The notes beneath the pieces were generated by a model. It was not told the DNA's origin, did no database searches, and saw only the letters and a list, made by a program, of their open reading frames with translations. A stretch of 64,000 bases of DNA from Perna viridis (taxonomy: Eukaryota), in the NCBI GenBank assembly GCA_037379345.1, contig CM074517.1:30132001-30196000 (forward strand), given 5' to 3'. Below, in pieces: positions 54,276-64,000 of this stretch. The position numbers and the translations under genes are program-made. Position 1 is the first letter of the stretch, and each line of letters starts with the position of its first letter.

Positions 54276-54482
54276 GGAGGTTGACCTATGGTACAGGACA
54301 TAAATATTACTAATCATTGAAACGTTTGTGTAAAACATTTCACATTCTGACTACGCCTCAAAGAAACTGGACTGATTTCTATCTTTTTCACATGAAAGCT
54401 TGATATGCTTTTGTGAAATTAAAGATGATACAAACATATCACTGATTTTAAAAGTTATGTCCTTTACCCTAGGTCTACCTTC
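54276..54482. mobile_element. Second complete copy of the TTAA MITE
   Basis: TTAA|GGAGGTTGACCTATGGTACAGGACATAA ... TTATGTCCTTTACCCTAGGTCTACCTTC|TTAA; internal sequence colinear with 47178-47389. Confidence 0.8.
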
Positions 54483-55197
54483 TTAAGGTTTGGCTTGTCT
54501 TTTTTTGTACAATGCCCATAGTCGATTATTTGATCGGTTTCCATCGGTAACCATGATTTCATCATTTTATTAAATCACAACGTGAAAATAAATTCCTAAT
54601 AATATTTCTTATATTTTGACTTGCATGTGTAGAAATTACAATACTTTGAAATGTCTGAAATAGAAATAACACAAATCGTGGTCGTTTCACAACCAAGGGA
54701 ATGATCACAACTCTTTTTCTTATGACTTCTCTTTGATTGCACTATCTGCCTTTCTCTTCATACCACTAACTAACCTTTTAGGGTCTTATTTTTTTGGAAA
54801 TAATTAAGGGGTCATTAGGCTTCAAACGAAAGCAATTGCAATAAAAGACTAGACATTCACACGGCTGTCAACATTTATTTCTATCTCTATTGACACGACA
54901 AAATTGCTTGACATATATCTCCAATTGAATGTCGATTCAATGACCATTAATGAAGTCTTTGAGAATTGTAGAACTTCCCTTGGGCGATATTATGCGATTA
55001 CTCAAATATAATCTGTCAAATACACAATGTAATGCTGACAAAAATAGAAATATAGAAATTCTTATAACCAGATCGATTTGATTTAAACATATGGAGCATT
55101 TTTAACACACAGCTTATATTTTATCTAGTAGCATATTACCTGAAAGAACCATAACAAGATTTACAATCTTCCGATCACATATTGTTCAAGTTCCGTC

Positions 55198-55338
55198 AAT
55201 TCCGGGATAAAGACTAGACATGGAAAACAGACGCACACAATATAAAACAACATAAATAATACAAAAAAGAAACAAAAGCAAACGAGCAACTCGGATTCCA
55301 CCAAAAACTGGTAGCATTGACCAGAAGCACTTAGTAAG
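55198..55338 (-). mobile_element. 3'-end fragment, same family
   Basis: agacatggaaaacagac...gagcaactcggattccacc. Confidence 0.7.
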
Positions 55339-57422
55339 ACTTGAATTTTTTCTACTCATATTACTCAAGTTCTCTGTATTTAATTATAGATTCTTAAATA
55401 TAAACATTACTTAGTTCTTTCCATCATTGTCCGTATTTTCATTTGAAAGGGCTACAAAATTCACCACATTGAAATCGAATACCCGATAACGTTTTAAGTG
55501 TCAGTCTCTGTCAGAATAAGGCAGTGGTTGAAACATGGTATGGAAAAACCAACATTTTGATAGTTTAATTTGACTATTTGCACCATCAGAATGAAGGAAA
55601 AAATTATATTTTCCTTATCATATTGGTGCACTGAAAATGAACATTTTAAGAGCAGGCAACTCTGTCAAAAACCTCATTTTCCCCACATTCTATTGAAAAA
55701 TTTCAGAGCAAAGCCAGTGATGCAAAGATCATATAATGGTCATTTCAAATAGAAAAGCATCCTTGTGTGATATTTCATTGTCAGATCGGTGGGGTTTTGT
55801 AATGTATGTTTCTGATTTTTCCCATTTCGCCTGATTCTTAGAAACACTTACACTTAATAGCACACATGTAGAACAAAGAAATAAACTGCTTTTTATGTAC
55901 TAAATTTGAGAAATAAATTCGCAAACAACTATATTTACCTTAACTTCTCACGCTCTTAAAAAAATAACAAATTTTATTCTGTGAAATATCATAAACATTT
56001 TTTTCAAATCGTCTGACAAAAACACATGGTTAGTGTTTGAATCAAACATGCTTTAAAAAAACAAGAGATAGGAGACATTTCAAGTATTCATCTGATAAAT
56101 TGCCTGACGCCTTACAAAGGTTTTAAGAAAATAATTCTGAACAGTTATAAATTATTATTTTAAGTTCCGATCTCGGGAAATTTTGTTTAGAAGCGATATG
56201 TACTAGATGACCCGAAATAACCATCGAAATGCAGCTTTTTAGTGGTTCGTGATATGAAGTTGTTTTAGAATAACAGAGCTAAACGATGATCTATGGTGTA
56301 ATATGAAGTCGTCTGTATTTTTAAACCGCAATAGAATACTAACTTGGTAAAGTGTTTGGAACTCAAAATAACAAGAAAGCTAATGTTTTCAAAATAAAAT
56401 ATATTATCAAATCTGATCAAGCGATTACAATTGCACTAGGTTAGAATAAGACGCAATCACTATTTGGAAATAAAAACGTATACGACAGTCGTACGTCTCA
56501 AGTAACTTTGAGCACCTTCGATATCCAAATAACAAAAATTCCAGTATTTATGTGACCAAATACCCCACCCTTTTACCTCCAAACTTTTCTTCATGCTTAA
56601 TTATGTACTCTGTAAACCACGCAATACTAATTTGCATACCCATATCTAATTTACAAACTTGTATATCAAGTTTAAACTATAACGTAACAGAACTATATAT
56701 ATAATGGAATTACCCCTATATTCAAACAAAACGAAATATATTGATAAAATTCATTTAAATGAATGTCAAAATACTGCATGCCTGTATTTTATAAGAATAT
56801 AAGAAGTAGATGACTACCTCAGGAAACGGGATTTTTTGTCAAAAGACGTAACCTGTAACCCATTTTTTACGCTTTTGTCAATCTAGGAAAAAAAACCTTG
56901 AAAACTCCATTTGCCTGTCATTTGTGGGTATTGAAATGAAAGTGCAAAATCGGAAGTGACAAAAGATGTTTTTGCCGTCACCATTCGCTATTTCAGATTA
57001 GATTGTTGTCGATAAACAAAGTCTTTATCAGATCTATGTAATTTTTTTTCAGAAATTTTTCCACAAAAATACGTATGTGATATTTTGTTTGTATGTTTAT
57101 TCAAAAAATTTCTTTTGCTGAAGCAAGCATGATTTTGTAGCAAAGACTGGTCATTTATCGCCAGAGAGTTGAAGATATTACTCCTAATAAAGCAAAATGG
57201 AAAATCCAGTTGCAGATGTTTTAATTGCTTCACCAAATAAATCTTTAAAAAGTCTCAATTGAGAATAAGCAGTTATTTATAATTTCATCAGTTACATAGT
57301 TAATATCTTACGTTATAATAAACATTTAAGTTCCGCGGCATCGAATTATGTTTACATCTAGTTTAATTCTTAATAGTACGAAAAAAAAACAAAAAAGAAA
57401 AGTTCATTTGAATGTATGTCAA

Positions 57423-57644
57423 ATACCATACACCAATTCAAAATATGATGGTTTTTTTACAATGAAATTTTATCATCTCTACCTTCGCTGTTTTAAATCG
57501 TTTCTATTAAAAAAACATTAATAATGCTGAGCATACCAGACACCAACTCAAAATATAATGGTTTTTTACAATGAAATTTTATCATTTCTACCTTCGCTGT
57601 TTTAAATCGTTTCTATAAATAAAAACATTAATGATGCTGAGCAT
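57423..57644. repeat. 110-bp tandem duplication upstream of the GPCR coding exon
   Basis: atacca.acaccaa.tcaaaatat...accttcgctgttttaaatcgtttctat...atgctgagc at 57423 and 57533. Confidence 0.9.
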
Positions 57645-58334
57645 TCAAAGGAGATACATTTAACATTTAAGTGAAAATAATACCTATTCAAGATATTGAT
57701 CTGATTTGGTTCATCAACTTTTCTACTGCTTCACACTTTATTCTGCGTTATGATACTGAAAGGGAAGTAAAAACAGTTTGAACATAGGGTTTCCTCTACC
57801 TATTTCTTTGCGTAACAGCGCAGTGGTTCTTAATGTTTAATAATATACTAGTGTAGAAATAACTTAACCTATTCCTTATCAATAAGAACCACTTTAGATA
57901 AGGTTGAGCTATGTTGAAGATCGTTTTTTTTAACAGTCGTGACATCTTATGGTTATGTATTGTTTTGCTCTCATAGAAACACGGACATGGATACAATAGA
58001 TCTTCATCTTATTTTTGAACAGAGATTATAATGAGAAAAAGAATGTATTAAGAGCAGGCATATGAAATGGACATTGACATTATGTTGATAATGAAGCCGG
58101 TGCATTGGTCTAAAGCAGTAATTAGAAAATATTGAATTGTATTACATCTGTGATTTTATTAATGATGAAACCAAAAGCGATCCGAGCTTCCCTACAATAT
58201 ACATGGAAAGTAGAATTAATCTTACTATAAGATAATTGTTCTACAGAGGGATTAGAACGTAAATACACCGAAGCTATCTATCGATGCTGTCAGTAATATA
58301 CGAGTTCTGTGTGTATGACTCTGTGATGATTTAA

Positions 58335-58355
58335 GTCTTTCATTTTATATTACAG
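58335..58355 (+). promoter_or_regulatory. Probable 3' splice acceptor of the GPCR coding exon
   Basis: Pyrimidine-rich tctttcattttatattacAG ending at 58355, 39 nt before the ATG. An in-frame TGA (58365-58367) lies between, so any upstream exon is non-coding. Confidence 0.6.
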
Positions 58356-58394
58356 CTTGGAACATGATATAAGAATCCAAATTAGGGACAAGAC

Positions 58395-59474
58395 ATGGTA
58401 TGCCAAAACGGCGTTGTGACTAGTCAACCAGAACCATCCATTGAATTTAAGGAATTTTACTACCAAGCACGGTTCGTTACCGGGCTTATATTTTTTCCGA
58501 CAGTTTGTGTTTTAGGAATGATCGGAAATATACTGGGAATAATTGTCATGTGTCAAAAGCAGATGCGATCGTCGACTAATATATATTTGTTATCACTAGC
58601 GATATCGGATTGTATAAAAATTCTTAGTGATGTGTTATATTTTCTCGTTATACTTTTAACGGAAGTAGATCCAACGACCGGAAACAAAGCCTTGGGATTT
58701 GTTTATCCTTACGCTCATTATATTTTCAACGCTTCTCTGTGTGTTTCTGCGTGGCTAACTGTCTCTGTTGCTTTCGAACGCTATATATACGTCTGTCACC
58801 CAACGAGGGTAAAACGCTTGTGCTCTATATCAAGAGCAAAGACAATATCAACAACTGTATTTGTGATAATGATGGTATTTTCTGTACCTTATGCTATGCG
58901 ATATAAAACGATAGAGGTTCCACAAAATACGACACAAAATGTATGCTATGATTTACATTTGACGGATTTATGGACGAATGAAACATTTGCAAGGACGTTC
59001 AACTGGTTGCATTACTTTGTCCGCTCTATCATTCCTTTATTTCTATTAATTATACTTAACACATGCATTTTGTATGGAATTAGACGATGTCGGTTAGGTC
59101 GACGAAAACATAGAATAACTGTCATGTTAATAGTTGTCATCATTGTATTCCTAATCTGCATTGTTCCGGACGCTATAATGTCCACGTGTCTAGGTCTCGG
59201 GTATTACGAGGAAAACTATTTAGCACGAGGAATTCGTGAGATTACGGATTTACTGTTGTTGATAAACACCGGTGTAAATTTTATAATCTATTGCATTTTT
59301 AACACTATATTTTGGAGGAATTTTCAGGAATTATTTTGTCCGTGTTGTATAACACCAGGTTTTTATATTGAAGATAGTAATGTCCGCCGTTTGTCGTTGA
59401 TAGCAAGGGGATCTCTTCGTCTAAACGTTAACCGAAGGAGCATGAACGATGATAAGTTATTAACAGATGTTTAA
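58395..59474 (+). CDS. Class A (rhodopsin-like) peptide GPCR, FMRFamide-receptor / sex-peptide-receptor-like group, 359 aa, CDS without introns
   Basis: Only long clean ORF in the window. Seven hydrophobic segments with GN (TM1), STNIYLLSLAISD (TM2 LAxxD), YPY and SAWLTVSVAFERYIYVCHP (TM3/ERY), IIPLFLLIILN (TM5), MLIVVIIVFLICIVP (TM6), INTGVNFIIYC (TM7, NFxxY variant), helix 8 FWRNFQELF followed by CPCC. The ligand cannot be assigned from sequence. Confidence 0.93.
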   Translation: MVCQNGVVTSQPEPSIEFKEFYYQARFVTGLIFFPTVCVLGMIGNILGIIVMCQKQMRSSTNIYLLSLAISDCIKILSDVLYFLVILLTEVDPTTGNKALGFVYPYAHYIFNASLCVSAWLTVSVAFERYIYVCHPTRVKRLCSISRAKTISTTVFVIMMVFSVPYAMRYKTIEVPQNTTQNVCYDLHLTDLWTNETFARTFNWLHYFVRSIIPLFLLIILNTCILYGIRRCRLGRRKHRITVMLIVVIIVFLICIVPDAIMSTCLGLGYYEENYLARGIREITDLLLLINTGVNFIIYCIFNTIFWRNFQELFCPCCITPGFYIEDSNVRRLSLIARGSLRLNVNRRSMNDDKLLTDV

Positions 59475-60993
59475 CAATTATCGACGAAATCAATGCTTTA
59501 TACCAATCAAAATCGATGTTAATTGTTATTGTTAATAACATTTGTTAAGCTTTCTTTTTTTTAAATTATTACAACAGACAAAAAGTGTGGTGAGAAAAAT
59601 TACCATGAGACATTCACAATAGCTTGGCAACTCGATTAAAATTTAAACAGACCTCTTCCCAGAGCAAAAATAAACGCAAGTATACATTAGTAAAATATAC
59701 CACACTGGCTATTCATACCTTTCTTTAAAGCTTCTGTTTAAAACAGTAAGTCAACATCTGTGACTTATTCTATTGAATAAACGAAAAGGGACCAATGTTA
59801 AAAGTACTAGATAAAATGTTTGGCTAACGAGTTAGTTGTTTGCTTCCGGTAAAAAGAAAACGACGGATAAAGCACTGGATTTTTTTTAATTATACATTTA
59901 AGCAAGACAATTCTATTTTTAGTATAATACCAAGAAACACCGTCATCTGAATCTCAAATATTTTTATTTACTTTGAAAATTTCTCTTTTTTTCTTTAAGT
60001 ATATTTCCTATCTTTATACTGATAATCTCTAACTTTTTTCAACGCATTTTCCTTATGACCTTTCGTCTTTATGGGAAAGGGAATAATGATGCTCTTTTTG
60101 CACTATGGTAAAACAGGTTCTATTCATCTAGCTAACACATCAGAACATAGCGATGTAAGCTAATGTTTAATGGCTCGCTGATAAAATATTGCATTTAAAT
60201 GAATAGGATCGCTTCTATGTACTCGTGGATTGTTACAGAATAAGAAAAAATTCCTAATAAGGTCATTCTATCGGCTTATCAATGGACGTTTCATATCTTG
60301 TGTATCTCGAATTATGTCGAATTTGCCATCATAGCAGTCTGTGTGTCTGTTCATGAGTCATATAGTTTGTTTGTCTCAGTATTTAATATTCTATTTAATT
60401 CAATAGGGTAAAATCTTACACCATTATTTAACAAAGAGCGTGAAATCGCACAAACCTTTTTATACATGAGCCAACACGACTTTAACATATCTTTCAATTG
60501 TTCCTGATGTAATATTATAGAAACACTGATTAATGTGTACTCAAGAAACCTAAAAAAAAATGAGAGGGTCATAGCAGGTTTTGGCAGGAATTATCTGTAT
60601 GTATTAATGACAATGCCATTCCTTCGTTTGATATTCAAAAATCGTTCTAGTTATTTACAACTATGCAAGTACTAACCGCAGCTCAAAAATTCAGTCTGAG
60701 AGTTTGAAAGTTACTTTCCTTTGCTCAAATTTTAAGAAATGAAGTCAAACGTCTGGAATATGAAAAATGATTATTGAAAGGGTCACCTGTAACGAATCCG
60801 TTTTAATGTAAAAATATTTTCTCGACAAACTGTGTGTATGTATATGAACTAATTATATCTCTACAAGCAAGAATAATATCTAACTGTAGTAGAATTTTAC
60901 TTCTAACTGGACAAACCAAAGTCTGTTTATTTTACCAAATATATTGTCCTATATGGGAAATTGGGCTTTTACAATGAAAATGACTGTTTGTGT

Positions 60994-61144
60994 AAGAGTA
61001 ATCAAGGGAACCAAGATTCTAGCGGAAATCGAAAAAATGTTATCCAAGTACAATAGCCAGACAGGCAAAACAGATATATACAACAATAACCATGAAGTAA
61101 CCAAAATGATACGTATAAAGCAACAAAAGTAAATGAGCAACTCG
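60994..61144 (-). mobile_element. 3'-terminal fragment, same family
   Basis: aagagtaatcaagggaaccaagattctagcggaaatc...aaatgagcaactcg. Confidence 0.75.
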
Positions 61145-62283
61145 TAAAATACTAAAATTTTCAAAGCCCGCTTTAAAAGGGTAAAGACAGATTATATAAT
61201 AAAATCTTTTTGATACTATTTTATATAAAGTAATCTGGATCATAGTTCAAAGCTTGTGGATAAGTTTAGATGTATGTTGGAACAGCACATAATAGACAAA
61301 TCACTGATTAAAAATCGCTAATGATACAGACAGATTGACATTATACCACAAGCAAGGCTACACTGCTAAACATTACATATTTGGTTAATATATGTTACTC
61401 GATTCATATGGCATTTGAGGTACTAATCGACGTGATACATAAAACAATCCTGTGTTTGTCGATTGATACGATAAGTAGGTACTAGTCGTCGACACTATAG
61501 ATAATTGTACCCAAATAATTCACGATTCCTGGACATACACTAAAACAGTCAATATAATTGAAAAGTTCACGCTTACTATTCGCTAAAAGTATGCATATTT
61601 TCTATATGTTTTAAATTTTTGAGAAATGTTTTAGATTCAGTGCTATTGTAAGTATATATGTTGGTATCAAGTTTGCAACTTGCTTGGTCGTAGCTAAATG
61701 ATAACTGAATATACTCCAATCGACCAGGGACCACGCTCTCCGAACACTTGAGGATGTTTGTATTGTCATTTCTGTTTAAGAGGAATCAAGGTAACATTAT
61801 TTAGATAGCAGTGATTTACCGAATGTTCCCAGTGTAAAACGTTTCGATAATTGACATTGTGAAATAAATTCGGTAGTTTCGCTCTCGCATTTTCTTCAGC
61901 CAAAATGTCACAACACGAACATCAATCCGCCGTTTAGAACATTTAAAATTAATGTTGAAAATAGCAACGAACAATGGAGGAAATCTATATAATAAATAGG
62001 ATAATCAATTGGTTATGGCAAATCACTAAAATAAGATCACTCGTGCCAAGAACGCATTCAGATTTAACTTGTGTTTGGAACATGTTTCGGATATTCGTTA
62101 AATCTAGGTGTTCTCCGGCACTAATGATCAACTTTGGTTTATTCACTCATTCTGATTAATTATCCTATTGATATAATAAAATCATCAAATATGAAATGTA
62201 AAAATGATTTCATGATTATCAATATACAATCGATGCCATTAGGCATTTTCGTGGTCCTAAATTTTTTTTATAAGTGAATGTTA

Positions 62284-64000
62284 TACCGTACGGATGCAAT
62301 GACAACATCAAAAGTATGAGAAACCTTTCGAGCCAATATAACAATAGCATAAATGTGATGAATTTATTTGACAAAAATCCAAGACGGGAAAGGAGTCATG
62401 GTCATCGTCACTTTTCGTCACCTAAGTTGCATGATGTCTCCATAGATGGTCTCCTTCCTTTCATACAAAAACTTCTTGGACTTCATCATATTAGAACCAA
62501 ACTTTATTCTATACCTCTCACTCTACTACACCCCCTTTAAAAAACAAGTCTAGACACTCCTGTTTCTGACCCCACCTCATCATTATACAGACTTGTTGCC
62601 ATCATTTTGGATATTGGTTTCCACAGACTCTTTAAACCAGTTTGTGTGAAAAGTCAAGATGAAGAAAAACGATCATTTCTTCCACTACCGTTTGTCAACA
62701 AAGGTATAGATGCAATTAATTTGGCTAACATCCTCCATCACAAAAACGTTACCAACAAAATTCCCCCATATTTCAAAGACAATTCCATATCAATTATTTC
62801 ATATTCCTATACTTCACCCATTGCATCCAAAATTTTCAATTATAAAAGACTATTGCAGAACCTCGAGATTGAGAATCAAGGCTAAACCACCTGACCCTTC
62901 TTGCAAAACCTCTCCATTCAAATATGGTCCTTCTAGTCACGTCGTTACGGGAGATTTAACTATTATCGAAAACGAATCTTTGTGTAATATACTTTCTAAA
63001 GGTCCCAAGTACCGTGAACCACGCTCCATAAATTGGAATTATAACTTTAAAGTTCTTATGGATGCCGTCGAGGACTATGCAAGAAAATGGATAAAACGAG
63101 AACAAGAAGACATTGATTCTCTGTCAGAATGGTTAAAGGCCGTGAGGTCTTTAATTTTGAAACGAATGAAAATTTTAAGTAGGTCAATGAGTGTCAAAGC
63201 TACATCTTTCCAAAGACCCCGATGTTGCAAAATCATTGCCTACTATACATGAAAAATATGTTGTCGTACCAGCAGACAAAGCCCAAAACAACATTGTTTT
63301 TGTCTGCAAAACGTTCTACATCCAATGTTTATTATCAGAGGTAGACGTAGAAAATAATAGCAGTGATAAGACCTATACTGCTACCACTCTCCTCAAAGAA
63401 GAGATTGTGGAAAACCATAAATCTGTGCTATCCTATTTTGGTCTCTCTACCAAGGAAGATGATTGTGATTTACCGTCTATGTACTGGATTCCTAAACTCC
63501 ACAAGAATTCATACAAACAACGTTTCACAGCTGGATCTGCAAAATGTACCACCAAACCTCTTTCAAAACTTTAAATTTCTATACTCTCAACTGTCAAAGA
63601 GGGTCTGCAGTATTATCACAACACTTGTTACTCCCGTAGTGGTATTAATTCAATGTGGATCCTGAAAAATTCGAAAGATCTTTTTGGAGACAATCAGTTC
63701 AAGACTATTATCTGAATATAATAGCATTAAAACCTATGATTTTTCAACACTGTATACTTCTATTCCCCATACTCAGTTAAAATCCCGACTTAAAAACATT
63801 GTACATCGTTGTTTTTCCAAAAAAGATGGTACACCTAGATACAAATATATAGTTCTTGGTAGAGAACTATTCCTTCACTCTTATGAGGCTGACTTTATAG
63901 CTGATCTGATCAAAAAGAAACAATATCGTTTGACTAGCTCCTTCAATCTCAGTTTCCGCTATATAGATGACGTATTATCTTTAAACAATCCTAATTTCGG
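62284..64000 (+). mobile_element. Degenerate, 5'-truncated Penelope-like retroelement (Naiad-type: N-terminal GIY-YIG remnant, linker, RT); runs off the window
   Basis: Joined across stops and frameshifts: PYGCND (tail of a GIY-YIG domain), NKGIDAINLANIL, PDPSC...HVVTGDL (decayed CxC linker), KGPKYREP, VVPADKAQNNIVFVCK, LPSMYWIPKLHK, MWILKNS, IKTYDFSTLYTSIPH (RT motif A, ~63726) and FRYIDDVLSLNN (YIDD at 63960-63971). TAA stops at 62538 and 63572 and at least three frameshifts. Confidence 0.85.

Noticed and set aside
59669-59781. AATAAA signals (59669, 59776) as the GPCR poly(A) site
   Set aside because: Plausible, but AATAAA is too frequent in this AT-rich DNA to call without transcript data.
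62284-64000. Selenoprotein-encoding Naiad (reported for some clam and spider elements)
   Set aside because: The in-frame stops seen are TAA, not TGA, and frameshifts are present. This is ordinary decay.

Overview
AT-rich eukaryotic genomic DNA; the repeat repertoire suggests a marine invertebrate, probably a bivalve mollusc (inference). There is one intact protein-coding region: an uninterrupted class A peptide GPCR of the FMRFamide-receptor-like group (58395-59474, +). It is preceded by a splice acceptor, so much of the preceding ~58 kb may be its 5'-UTR intron or intergenic DNA. The right end (about 62284-64000) is a decayed, 5'-truncated Penelope-like retroelement with the endonuclease-first (Naiad-type) domain order. 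About 17 short fragments that look like 3' ends of this type of element are scattered through the window and share a foldable RNA module. Other repeats: TTAA (Kolobok-type) and TA MITEs, a Helentron-associated HINE-like element, a hairpin plus GATATAGGG minisatellite element, a SINE-like repeat carrying degenerate twister-ribozyme-like cores, local tandem duplications, and a 156-bp assembly gap. There is no prokaryotic system, CRISPR array, rRNA or tRNA. Repeat boundaries were read by eye and are approximate.
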